From: an uncultured Candidatus Melainabacteria bacterium
GTDB lineage: Bacteria > Cyanobacteriota > Vampirovibrionia > Gastranaerophilales > Gastranaerophilaceae
Assembly: GCA_947525005.1 (NCBI GenBank)
Contig: CANNUY010000001.1
Location: forward strand, 321,379-385,378
Length of the DNA: 64,000 nucleotides
Reading direction: 5' to 3'
The notes below the pieces were generated by a model that worked only from the letters and a program-made list of their open reading frames with translations, did not search any database and was not told the origin of the DNA. Each line of letters opens with the position of its first letter. The stretch's first letter is position 1. Positions 7,055 to 16,858 of this stretch are shown here, one piece after another. Position numbers and translations under genes: made by a program.

Positions 7055-10000
7055 ATGAAAAACTTTATCAAAATGGTTTTAAAATATCACTATACAGTAA
7101 TTGTAATGGCTTTATTTATCTTGATTATGGGGATATTGACTATTGTAAAAACTCCGATTGACGTATTTCCTGAAATCAATACTCCGGTTGTTACAGCAGT
7201 ATGGACATATACTGGTATGCAATCAAAGGATATTGAACGAAGAATTGTAACTATTGCAGAAAGAGGTTATGCTGCAAACGTAAATGATATTGAACATATC
7301 GAATCTCAATCATTGTTGGGTGTTGGGGTTATCAGAGTATTTTTGCATCCAGGAGCAAATATAAATACTGCGATTACTCAAATCAGTGCATCATCTCAGG
7401 TAGCAATGAAGAATATGCCTTTAGGTATTCGTCCACCTGAAATTTTGAAGTATACTCCTACTACAATTCCTGTTTTGCAGGTTATTATTTCGTCTGCAAA
7501 ATTGCCACTTCAAAAGGTTACCGACCTTGCACAAAATAATATTAAGGTTCAACTCACAAAGGTTGAGGGTGCTCAAGTTCCACTTCCTATGGGTGGTAAA
7601 GTTCGTCAAATAATGGTTGACCTTGATATGCAAAAAATGGAAGCAAGAGGCTTGACTCCTGCAGAGGTTACAAAAGCTGTTGCTTCTCAAAACGTAATTA
7701 TCCCATCTGGTAATGCTAAAATCGGTGGTAAGGATTATTTGATATCATTGAATAACGCTGCACAAACAGTCGATGAGATGAATGATTTTCCTATTGAATC
7801 ACCTCATAGTAATCAAATTGTTTATTTGTCTGATGTAGCACATATCCATGATGGTAACGCAATTCAGACAAATATTGTTCGTGAAAACGGCTCTCCAGGG
7901 TCTTTGATGGCTGTATATAAAGCTGGTAAGGTTTCTTCATTGAATGTTGTTGAGGGTACTAAAAAATTGTTGCCAACGATTGCAAAAACAATTCCTGAAA
8001 GTGTAAAAATGCAGGTTTTGTTTGACCAATCTATTTTTGTAAAAAGTGCTATTCGAGATGTAATTTTTTCTGGTACACTTGCAGCTTTGTTGACAGCGCT
8101 TATGGTTTTAATCTTCTTAGGTAGTGTTCGTTCAACTTTTATTATCGGTATATCTATTCCGTTATCAGTACTTTTTGCGATAATTTGTTCTTCTTTATGT
8201 GGACAGACTATAAATATGATGTCCTTGAGTGGTTTAGGTTTAGCGATTGGTATGTTGGTTGATAACGCAACTGTTGTTATTGAAAACATTTTAAGAAACA
8301 AAGAAATTTTAACAAAACAGGGTAAGGATATTGAAGAAATAATATATAAATCAGCAGTCGAGGTTGCTACTCCAACCCTTGTTTCAACATTGTCAATTTG
8401 TACGGTATTTGCACCGATATTTTTAATGGAAGGTGCTACAAAATATTTATTTATACCGTTAGCTATGTCTGTTATTTTTTCAATGATTGGTTCATATATG
8501 TTGTCAAATACGGTTGTTCCAGTTCTTGTTGATAAATTATTGAAAGACAAAGAAGTTTTAGATGAAAACTCTTTATTGTATCAGGTTAATAATTTTATCA
8601 ATGTTAATTTTGGTAAATTCAGAGAAATTTATAAGGCATTCTTAGAAAAAGACATTTTTACTAACCCAAAAAGAGTTGGAAAAGTTTATGGTTTGATTAT
8701 TTTATCTGCATTAGTTTTGATACCGTTTATTGGACAAAACTTCTTCCCAGAGGTTGATGCAGGTCAGATAAGATTGCATATTTACGCTCCACACGGTACA
8801 AGGATTGAAGAAACAGCAAGAGAGTTTACAAATATAGAAAAAACTATAAGAGAAGTTATTCCACCGTCAGAACTTGAAACAGTGTTGGATAATATTGGTT
8901 TACCTGCAAGTATGTTGAACCTTGCGTTTATGGATAACTCTTATTTGGGTGTTGGCGATGGTGAAATCCTTATAGCATTGAGTGAAAACCATAAGCCTAC
9001 CAAGAAATATGTTAAAGAGTTGAGAAAGCGTTTGAATAAAGAATATCCTGATACGCAATTCTTCTTCCAAAATGCTGATATGGTTGGTAAAATCTTGAAC
9101 TTCGGTTTGGCGTCACCTGTTGATATTAAGATTCAGGGTAAGAATTTGAAAGAAAACTATAAGTTGACTACCCAAATATTAGAAGAAGTTAAAAAGGTTA
9201 GAGGTGTTGCAGACGCTCATATTCACCAAATTACTGACGCACCAGAAATCAGGGTGACTGTGGATAAAAATAGAGCTGCGATGATGAATTTGTCACAAGA
9301 AACGATATCAAAAAATTTGTTGACATCATTGACATCTAGTGGAATGGTTGCACCAAATTATTGGGTTGACCCAACGAATGGTGTGAACTATGTCTTGGCT
9401 TTACAAGTGCCACCATATAATGTTGATACGGTGAAGAATGTTACTGATGTACCTGTTTCATATAACAATCAAAACCCTGTTAGATTGTCAAACGTAGCAT
9501 CTGTGGCATCTGGTACTACTTGTAGCGTTGTCGACCACTACGATATTATGCCAGTGTACGATATTATGTTAAATATTCAGGATAGAGATTTGGCTGGTGT
9601 ATCTAGGGATATAAATAAGATTGTAAAAAAATATCAAAAGATAGCTCCAAGAGGTACGTTTATTGATATTTACGGTCAAGCAAAATCAATGGATTATGCG
9701 TTTACTTCTTTGATATCAGGTTTGTTGTTGTCATTGATACTTGTATATTTGTTGATTGTTGTTAACTTCCAATCTTGGAGAAACCCATTTATTATCATTA
9801 CTCCAGTGCCATTAGCGTTGTCTGGTATATTATGGACTTTGTACGTAACAGATACTACGTTCAGCGTACAAGCGCTTATGGGTTCAATTATGGCAGTTGG
9901 GGTATCGTGTGCAAACTCAATTCTTGTTGTGTCATTTGCGACAGATAAGATGAGAGAGGGATTGACTTCAACGCAGGCTGCTATTGAAGCTGGTTATACA

Positions 10001-10219
10001 AGAATACGTCCAGTTGTAATGACTGCATCAGCTATGATTTTGGGGATGTTGCCAATGGCTCTTGGTATTGGTGAGGGTGGAGAACAGAATGTTCCTATTG
10101 GTAGAACGGTTATCGGTGGTTTGTTGTTTGCAACATTTGCAACTTTGATTGTTGTGCCTATGTTGTTTGCAATATTGAATAAGAATAAAAAATATGAAAA
10201 GGTGGTAGATGATGATTAA
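7055..10219 (+). CDS. RND family efflux pump inner-membrane permease (AcrB/MexB-like, HAE1)
   Basis: 1054 aa with 12 TM segments and two large periplasmic loops. Only 3 nt separate it from the OMF gene. Confidence 0.95.
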   Translation: MKNFIKMVLKYHYTVIVMALFILIMGILTIVKTPIDVFPEINTPVVTAVWTYTGMQSKDIERRIVTIAERGYAANVNDIEHIESQSLLGVGVIRVFLHPGANINTAITQISASSQVAMKNMPLGIRPPEILKYTPTTIPVLQVIISSAKLPLQKVTDLAQNNIKVQLTKVEGAQVPLPMGGKVRQIMVDLDMQKMEARGLTPAEVTKAVASQNVIIPSGNAKIGGKDYLISLNNAAQTVDEMNDFPIESPHSNQIVYLSDVAHIHDGNAIQTNIVRENGSPGSLMAVYKAGKVSSLNVVEGTKKLLPTIAKTIPESVKMQVLFDQSIFVKSAIRDVIFSGTLAALLTALMVLIFLGSVRSTFIIGISIPLSVLFAIICSSLCGQTINMMSLSGLGLAIGMLVDNATVVIENILRNKEILTKQGKDIEEIIYKSAVEVATPTLVSTLSICTVFAPIFLMEGATKYLFIPLAMSVIFSMIGSYMLSNTVVPVLVDKLLKDKEVLDENSLLYQVNNFINVNFGKFREIYKAFLEKDIFTNPKRVGKVYGLIILSALVLIPFIGQNFFPEVDAGQIRLHIYAPHGTRIEETAREFTNIEKTIREVIPPSELETVLDNIGLPASMLNLAFMDNSYLGVGDGEILIALSENHKPTKKYVKELRKRLNKEYPDTQFFFQNADMVGKILNFGLASPVDIKIQGKNLKENYKLTTQILEEVKKVRGVADAHIHQITDAPEIRVTVDKNRAAMMNLSQETISKNLLTSLTSSGMVAPNYWVDPTNGVNYVLALQVPPYNVDTVKNVTDVPVSYNNQNPVRLSNVASVASGTTCSVVDHYDIMPVYDIMLNIQDRDLAGVSRDINKIVKKYQKIAPRGTFIDIYGQAKSMDYAFTSLISGLLLSLILVYLLIVVNFQSWRNPFIIITPVPLALSGILWTLYVTDTTFSVQALMGSIMAVGVSCANSILVVSFATDKMREGLTSTQAAIEAGYTRIRPVVMTASAMILGMLPMALGIGEGGEQNVPIGRTVIGGLLFATFATLIVVPMLFAILNKNKKYEKVVDDD

Positions 10220-11435
10220 CCTTAAGGATATAAAAATTAGTGATATAAAAGGGAAAATTGTTGATTTGTGGTTTAAGGTTACTAAACACGACTCAAAAAG
10301 AACTGCGATTTTAATTTTTGCGATATTCTTTCTTGTTGGGCTTTTACCAAAGGCAGTTAGATTTGTGACTACAGCTATGAATGCCCGTTCAGTTGAGTAT
10401 GTTGCATTGACAGAAACACCTACTATATCAGATGGGGACAATGTTTTAGTTTTGTCAGGGGAATTAAAACCGTTTTTACATACAGAGATTTTTGCAAGGA
10501 TAAATGGACTTGTTAATCAAAGATATGTACAGTTAGGTCAACATGTTCAAAAAGGTCAAGTATTGGCAACTATTGATACGCCTGATTTAGATGCTGAGGC
10601 ACTTAGTGCAAAATCTGCGTTGATTTCTGCTGAAAAACATCTTATGGAAACAAGATATCAGTATAATTATGCAAGACAAACGTATGATAGATATAAAAAA
10701 TCTTCTGTAAATGGTGCTATATCAAGACAAGAACTTGATACGAAGTATAATGATTTTAAGACATCTGAGATGAATTTTTTGAGTGCTAAAGCTGATGTTG
10801 AAAAGGCTAAGGCAGATTTACACAGATTAACAGCTTTACAACAGTATAAAAGGGTTGTAGCACCGTTTAGTGGAGTTATTAGTAAGTATAATATTGATGC
10901 AGGGGCGAATGTTGTCGCAGGTGGTAGCACAACAAGTACAAGTTTGTTTGAGATACAACAGATTGATAAGTTTAGGGCAACTGTTTTTGTGCCACAGAAT
11001 TATGTAAGATTTATTTCTGATGGTCAAGCCGTTGATATTTATATACCAGAAAACCCATCACAAAAGATTAGAGGTTATATTTCACAGATATCTGGTAAGT
11101 TGGATAATGTGTCACGTGCTATGGAAGTTGCGTTGGTTGTACCTAACGATAACAAGTCAGGGTTGTATAGTGGATTGTATATAAAGACTAATATTGATAT
11201 TAAGAATAAGCAAAAGGTTATGACTATAAACCCTGCGTGCTTGACAACATTGACAACACCTGATCAGTATGTTGTAGAAGTTAGACCTGATTCTACTATT
11301 CATTTTATAAAGGTAAAACAGGGTCGTGACTTGGGCGATAGAGTAGAAATACTTGAGGGCTTGAAAGGTACAGAACGATTGATTACTAATGTAAATGACA
11401 ACCTAAAAGAAGGTCAAAAAGTTAAGTTTAAATAA
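10209..11435 (+). CDS. Periplasmic adaptor (membrane fusion protein, HlyD/AcrA family)
   Basis: N-terminal TM anchor, coiled-coil hairpin, and lipoyl/beta-barrel motifs (VVAPFSGVIS). Its start overlaps the RND gene at ATGATGA. Confidence 0.85.
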   Translation: MMINLKDIKISDIKGKIVDLWFKVTKHDSKRTAILIFAIFFLVGLLPKAVRFVTTAMNARSVEYVALTETPTISDGDNVLVLSGELKPFLHTEIFARINGLVNQRYVQLGQHVQKGQVLATIDTPDLDAEALSAKSALISAEKHLMETRYQYNYARQTYDRYKKSSVNGAISRQELDTKYNDFKTSEMNFLSAKADVEKAKADLHRLTALQQYKRVVAPFSGVISKYNIDAGANVVAGGSTTSTSLFEIQQIDKFRATVFVPQNYVRFISDGQAVDIYIPENPSQKIRGYISQISGKLDNVSRAMEVALVVPNDNKSGLYSGLYIKTNIDIKNKQKVMTINPACLTTLTTPDQYVVEVRPDSTIHFIKVKQGRDLGDRVEILEGLKGTERLITNVNDNLKEGQKVKFK

Positions 11436-11602
11436 TTGATTTTAAAAATTTGATTTTGATTGGAAAGTTCGTTTATAGTTTGTTATTTATTTAACAATCA
11501 CTATTATCGTGGTAAAATTTGGGTGGAAAATTTAAAATTCAATCAGGTTCAATTTAATTAGACTAATTAAATCAAAGAATTAAATTTAAAAGAGAAGAAA
11601 TT

Positions 11603-12757
11603 ATGCGAAAATCACTCTGTCTATTACCATTAGCATTAGGCACGTTCGGTCTAGGGTTAACCGAATACGTTATGATGGGCATTCTTCCAGACACTGCAAA
11701 AGCTATGCACTGCTCCATACCAATGGCTGGAAATTTCATCTCTTTTTATGCTCTCGGTGTTGTATTTGGTTCAATCTTATTAGTCTGTATAGGCAGAACT
11801 CGACCACTAAAGCAAATTCTTATAGTCTTAGCAACGATATTCACTCTTGCTAACATATCTCTTGTTTTTGCTCAAAACTATTTTGTATTCTGTGCTTTAA
11901 GGTTTATAGCAGGTCTACCTCACGGTGCGTTCTTTGGTGTGGGTGCAATTGCAGCTGGCAAACTTGCAGACAAAGATAAAACTAATCAAGCAGTTGCCAC
12001 AATGGTTTCGGGCATGACTATAGCGAACCTTTTAGGTATTCCTCTAGGAACATTTCTAAGCCACAATTTCTCTTGGCGAATAACCTTCTCAATAATAGGA
12101 GTTTTCGGGTTCCTCGTACTTTATTCAATCTTTAAACTAATTCCAAATATAAAACCTTTACAAGATACTGGATTTAGAGGTCAATTTAAAATCTTTAAAT
12201 CATTATCTGTTTGGTTATTAATCCTTGCCGTAATAATGGGTAATGGCGGAATTTTCTGTATGTATAGTTATATAAACCCACTTTTAGTAAAAGTTTCAAA
12301 CATAAAACCTCAATTAATTTCTCTTATAATGGTTCTAGCAGGGGCTGGCATGTGTTTAGGTAACTACTTAGGTGGTAAACTATCCGATAAGTTTTCACCA
12401 TCTCTTATTGCAGGCTATATTCAACTGACAGCCAGTATCTCATTATTAGCGATGTTTTTCTTGTCATCAAACCCAATTCTTGCAACTATTTTGATGTGTG
12501 TTTGTACAGCTTGCTTATTCGGAGTTTCTGCTCCTCAACAAGTATTGTTGATAGAAAATGCAAAAGGTGGTGAAATGCTTGGTGCGTCTTGTTCTCAAAT
12601 CTCGTTTAATCTCGGTAACGCAATAGGTGCTTTTGTAGGGGGACTCCCTATAACTCACGGGTTTGGTTATAAGTTTACAACTCTCCCTGCGACTTTGTTC
12701 GCTTTTATTGGTTTTTTGTTATTAATGTACTTTTACAGAAGATACGAACTTCATTAA
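11603..12757 (+). CDS. MFS transporter, 12 TM
   Basis: 384 aa, hydrophobic throughout, with an MFS-like loop motif after TM2. Confidence 0.85.
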   Translation: MRKSLCLLPLALGTFGLGLTEYVMMGILPDTAKAMHCSIPMAGNFISFYALGVVFGSILLVCIGRTRPLKQILIVLATIFTLANISLVFAQNYFVFCALRFIAGLPHGAFFGVGAIAAGKLADKDKTNQAVATMVSGMTIANLLGIPLGTFLSHNFSWRITFSIIGVFGFLVLYSIFKLIPNIKPLQDTGFRGQFKIFKSLSVWLLILAVIMGNGGIFCMYSYINPLLVKVSNIKPQLISLIMVLAGAGMCLGNYLGGKLSDKFSPSLIAGYIQLTASISLLAMFFLSSNPILATILMCVCTACLFGVSAPQQVLLIENAKGGEMLGASCSQISFNLGNAIGAFVGGLPITHGFGYKFTTLPATLFAFIGFLLLMYFYRRYELH

Positions 12758-12923
12758 AGGATTTGTGCTACGTCCTTATTGAGTTGGTATGAAATATTTA
12801 AGTAAATAAATATTTTTATTGATATTTAATGAAAATTCTTAAACAAGAATGATTCCTTAACTTAAAAAAAAACTTTGTTTGTGCTATTTTATTATTACTT
12901 AAACAACAAAAAGAGGAATGAAA

Positions 12924-15596
12924 ATGGAAGATATTAAAAAGAAGATTGAAGATTTACCAACCGTTTACAACGCACAAGAAACGGAAAAACGTATATACAA
13001 ATTTTGGGAAGATAATGAATATTTTAAGGCTGATGCATCTAGCAAAAAGCCACCTTATTCAATCGTAATTCCACCACCAAATGTTACTGGTGTATTGCAC
13101 ATGGGACACGCACTAGACGGTACTCTTCAAGACATCTTGACTAGATATCATAGAATGAGTGGTTATGAAGCACTATGGATTCCTGGTACTGACCACGCTG
13201 GGCTTGCTACTCAAAATGTTGTTGAAAAACAATTAGCAAAAGAAGGACTTACTCGTCACGATTTAGGACGTGAAAAGTTTATCGAAAAAACTTGGGAATG
13301 GACAAATGAACATAAATCAGCTATCCTTAACCAGTTTAAAAGACTTGGTGCATCTTTTGACCGTTCTAGAGAAAGATTTACTTTCGACAAAGGTTGTTCA
13401 GATGCTGTAAAAGAAGTTTTTGTTACTCTTTATAACAAAGGTTTAATCTATAAAGGTTCATATATCGTTAACTGGTGTCCTCGTTGTCAATCTGCTATTT
13501 CTGATATCGAAACAGAATACAAAACAGAACAAGGTCACTTGTGGGAAATCTCTTACCCATTGAAGAACGAACGTGGTGCAATCATTGTTGCAACAACTAG
13601 ACCTGAAACAATTTTCGGTGATGTTGCTATTGCTGTTCACCCAGATGATAAGAAATATTCTGAACTAATCGGTAAAACCGTAATCATTCCACTTTCAGGT
13701 AGAGAAATTCCTATTATCGCTGATGAATATGTTGATAGAAACTTCGGTACAGGTGCTGTTAAAATTACTCCTGCACACGACCCTAACGATTACGAGGTTG
13801 GTAAACGTCACAATCTTAAACCAATCTGGGTTATCGATGAAGAAGGTAAGATGAAGGCTTGTGGAGAAGTTCCTCAAGAATTACACGGTCTTGATAGATA
13901 TGAAGCAAGAGAAAAAATCGTTGGTATGTTAGAATACAATCATTTCTTGCTAAGAACAAAAGACCACGAACATAATGTTGGTAAATGTCAGCGTTGTGGT
14001 ACAACTATTGAACCACTTCTTTCTGAACAATGGTTTGTTAAGATGAAGCCACTTGCTGAAGAAGCTGTAAAAGCAGTAAAAGATGGACGTATTAAATTCG
14101 TTCCTCAACGTTGGGAAAAAGATTATCTAGGCTGGATGGAAAATATCCGTGACTGGTGTATCTCTCGTCAAATTTGGTGGGGACATCAAATTCCTGCATA
14201 TTACAACAATGAAACTGGTGAAATTGTTGTGGCAAAAGAAAATCCTGATCCATCAAAATATACTCAAGAACCTGATTGTCTTGATACTTGGTTCTCATCA
14301 GGATTGTGGCCATTCTCAACAATGGGATTTCCAAACAGTAATACAGAAGATTTCAAAAAATTCTACCCTACTTCAGTGCTTGTAACTGGATTTGATATTA
14401 TCTTCTTCTGGGTTGCTAGAATGATTACTATGGGCTTGGAATTTACTGGAAAAGCTCCATTCCCTGTGGTTTATATTCACGGTTTAATCAGAGATGAAAA
14501 AGGTCAAAAGATGTCAAAATCTAAAGGTAACACTATTGACCCTGTTCAAATCATTGATAAATACGGCTGTGACGCATTAAGATTTACTATGACATCACTT
14601 TGTACTTATGGTGGACAAGATATCAAAGTTAGTGATGATAGATTTGAATATGGACGTAACTTTGCTAACAAGATTTGGAACGCATCAAGATTTGTACTTA
14701 TGAATCTTGTTGGTGAAAATCCTGTTGACGGTAAAGATATGGATATGGACAAATTAACTATTGCTGATAAATGGATTTTAGATAAATTGAATTCTGTAGC
14801 AAAACTAGTTAATAGTAATATCAAAGACTTTAGAATCGGTGAAACTGCTCACGTATTGTATGATTTCTTCTGGAACTCATATTGTGACTGGTACGTTGAA
14901 ATTGCTAAAATTCAGTTGAGAGATGAAAACTTGAGAGCTAACACTCAAAGAGTTTTGAGATATGTTCTTGATATGTCATTAAGAATGTTACACCCAATTA
15001 TGCCTCATATTACAGAAGAAGTATGGCAACTGATACCAAAAGCAGATAGTAATACTGCTCCTGCAATCATCGTTGCTGAACATCCTGTATTTGAAGAAAG
15101 ATTGGTGTTCTCAAAAGAAGCTAAACAAATGGAAGTTGTGTTTGACACAATCACTTCATTGAGAAACGTAAGACAAAGTTTCAATATCCCTACTTCTGCA
15201 AAGGTTAATATTGAAATCAGAGCTAATAAAGAAGAAAAAGAAATCTTTGAAGCTATTGAATCATATATTCATACTTTAGCAAAAGTTGAAGGTATAACTT
15301 ATGAATCACCTGATAAGGAAGAAATTCCACCAAAATCAGCAGTTGCAGTTGTATCTGCTTCAAAAATATTTATTCCTTTAGCTGATTTGATTGACTTGAA
15401 CGCAGAAGTTAAACGTCAAGAAAAGAAAATGGCTAAATTGACTAACGAAAAGAATTCTTTAGAAGGAAGAATGAAAAATGAAAAATTCGTTGCGAATGCA
15501 CCTGCTGAATTAATTGAACAGACAAAGTCAAGAATTGAAGAATTGACAAAACAAGAAGATGTAATCAAAGATTTGATTAAGTCATTGTCTGAGTAA
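12924..15596 (+). CDS. valS: Valine--tRNA ligase
   Basis: HIGH motif (PPNVTGVLHMGHAL), KMSKS motif, editing domain and C-terminal coiled coil. The RBS AGAGGA favours the second ATG at 12924 over 12918. Confidence 0.95.
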   Translation: MEDIKKKIEDLPTVYNAQETEKRIYKFWEDNEYFKADASSKKPPYSIVIPPPNVTGVLHMGHALDGTLQDILTRYHRMSGYEALWIPGTDHAGLATQNVVEKQLAKEGLTRHDLGREKFIEKTWEWTNEHKSAILNQFKRLGASFDRSRERFTFDKGCSDAVKEVFVTLYNKGLIYKGSYIVNWCPRCQSAISDIETEYKTEQGHLWEISYPLKNERGAIIVATTRPETIFGDVAIAVHPDDKKYSELIGKTVIIPLSGREIPIIADEYVDRNFGTGAVKITPAHDPNDYEVGKRHNLKPIWVIDEEGKMKACGEVPQELHGLDRYEAREKIVGMLEYNHFLLRTKDHEHNVGKCQRCGTTIEPLLSEQWFVKMKPLAEEAVKAVKDGRIKFVPQRWEKDYLGWMENIRDWCISRQIWWGHQIPAYYNNETGEIVVAKENPDPSKYTQEPDCLDTWFSSGLWPFSTMGFPNSNTEDFKKFYPTSVLVTGFDIIFFWVARMITMGLEFTGKAPFPVVYIHGLIRDEKGQKMSKSKGNTIDPVQIIDKYGCDALRFTMTSLCTYGGQDIKVSDDRFEYGRNFANKIWNASRFVLMNLVGENPVDGKDMDMDKLTIADKWILDKLNSVAKLVNSNIKDFRIGETAHVLYDFFWNSYCDWYVEIAKIQLRDENLRANTQRVLRYVLDMSLRMLHPIMPHITEEVWQLIPKADSNTAPAIIVAEHPVFEERLVFSKEAKQMEVVFDTITSLRNVRQSFNIPTSAKVNIEIRANKEEKEIFEAIESYIHTLAKVEGITYESPDKEEIPPKSAVAVVSASKIFIPLADLIDLNAEVKRQEKKMAKLTNEKNSLEGRMKNEKFVANAPAELIEQTKSRIEELTKQEDVIKDLIKSLSE

Positions 15597-15633
15597 GTAT
15601 TGGGGTTATACCACAATAAAATAAAATAAATAA

Positions 15634-15672
15634 CAGGGGCGAATTGGTAAAACCAATTCGCCCCTGTTTAAT
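15634..15672. terminator. Bidirectional rho-independent terminator between the convergent valS and glycine-zipper gene
   Basis: Perfect 15-bp stem CAGGGGCGAATTGGT / ACCAATTCGCCCCTG, flanked by an A-run and a T-run. Confidence 0.8.
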
Positions 15673-15690
15673 TAAAACTTCTTTAAAAAC

Positions 15691-16077
15691 TTATGCTTCA
15701 GTGTCTAACTTAGCTTTTTTAGGTTCTTCTTTTGCTAATTTAGTATCTAAGATATCAGCTTTTGGTTTTTTAAAATGGTCAACGATTTTACCGATACCTG
15801 CACCTAACAATGAACCAATACCAACACTAACTGCTAAACCGATTGCTGTGCCAACTGCAAATGATGCAATCGCCTTGTTTCTAGATAGACCTGCTTGAGT
15901 GACTGTGTTAAGAGCTTCTTTTAATGCCCCTTTACTTTTAAATAGGCTAGCAGCTGTGTTTGCTACACCTAGACCTGCACCAATCATAGCACCTTTTTTC
16001 GCATTAGACGTTTTTTTAGGTGCTGTTACTTGATATGCACCTGCTTGATTTCCAGCAAATGATACAGAATTCATCAT
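15691..16077 (-). CDS. Small glycine-zipper membrane protein, hypothetical
   Basis: 128 aa with GxxxG-rich segments (GAMIGAGLGVANTAASL; AVGTAIGLAVSVGIGSLLGAGIG). Probably cotranscribed with the upstream XRE gene. Confidence 0.6.
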   Translation of the reverse strand: MMNSVSFAGNQAGAYQVTAPKKTSNAKKGAMIGAGLGVANTAASLFKSKGALKEALNTVTQAGLSRNKAIASFAVGTAIGLAVSVGIGSLLGAGIGKIVDHFKKPKADILDTKLAKEEPKKAKLDTEA

Positions 16078-16182
16078 ATTTGAGTCCCCACTATTAAATT
16101 ACACACGTTTATATAATGTAGTTCATAAAATTTTTTTGTTAGTTTTATAGATTTTTGTAACATTTATATACATTTTGGGGAT

Positions 16183-16527
16183 TTAATTATTGATTAAAAT
16201 TTTGGTAATATTATCTAAATATGTTAAGATTGTTGGGTTTTCTTTAATTAAATTAAGTCTTGTAATTATATTTTTGTACATTTTTTCACAGTCTTTTTCT
16301 GTGCTAAAGTCGAACAGTTCTGAATATTCTATTTGAAAAATATTAGAAATTTTTTCAAGAGTTGATGAGGTCATAAATGCGTTTCCACGTTCAATATTAC
16401 TTAGAGTATTAGTTGCAATATTTAATTTCTCAGCAAGAGTTTCTTGACTCATTCCTGCGACTTTGCGTAAATTTTTTATTTTTTGACCTAACTTTTCTTG
16501 AAGTTTATTTTTCATGTGCGCTCCCAA
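16183..16527 (-). CDS. XRE-family HTH transcriptional regulator
   Basis: HTH_3: LRKVAGMSQETLAEKLNIATNTLSNIERG. Confidence 0.85.
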   Translation of the reverse strand: MGAHMKNKLQEKLGQKIKNLRKVAGMSQETLAEKLNIATNTLSNIERGNAFMTSSTLEKISNIFQIEYSELFDFSTEKDCEKMYKNIITRLNLIKENPTILTYLDNITKILINN

Positions 16528-16574
16528 GTTTAATATAGTTCACTCAAACATTTATTAGAACAAGGTTAAACATA

Positions 16575-16602
16575 TTGACATCACATGTTAGACATGTATA
16601 AT
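16575..16602 (+). promoter_or_regulatory. Consensus sigma70-type promoter TTGACA-16-TATAAT upstream of the nucleoside transporter leader
   Basis: Seen directly: -35 at 16575-80, -10 at 16597-602. Confidence 0.5.
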
Positions 16603-16649
16603 AATAATGTTAAATATTGTTATAATAATATAACGCTGTTTAACACAGG

Positions 16650-16858
16650 AATACGGGTTTTCGGGCTTAGGAAACCCGATTATCCCTTTTAGGAACTCCT
16701 ATTTGGCAACGAGATAGGGCAGGGTGACGGCATCGAGTCGTCACTTTTGCAAATCTTAGGGTTTTACTAATTAGGAAAAGTGTGCTATAATTTCACTCAA
16801 GTCACTTGGATTTTGTCCAACGTGTATAATGGTTTAATAGTTAGCTATGGAGTGATGT
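16650..16858 (+). promoter_or_regulatory. Structured ~250-nt 5-prime leader: two hairpins, the second followed by a T-run (attenuator-like), then an extended -10 promoter (TGcTATAAT at 16783-16791)
   Basis: Hairpins CGGGTTT/AAACCCG (16654-78) and GTGACG/CGTCAC (16724-44), the second followed by TTTTGC. Candidate riboswitch or attenuator; the class was not identified. Confidence 0.3.

Noticed and set aside
7421-8550. Minus-strand ORFs 7421..7690 and 7864..8550 (228 aa)
   Set aside because: They are antisense inside the RND permease gene, with no domain signal. They are an artefact of AT-rich sequence.
12758-12923. T-box leader upstream of valS
   Set aside because: No T-box consensus (AATTAGGGTGGNACCGCG) or specifier/antiterminator architecture is visible in the 165-nt spacer.
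13458-15616. Several 60-80-aa ORFs on both strands within valS
   Set aside because: They are embedded in or antisense to valS, which is continuous and carries all class-I synthetase motifs.
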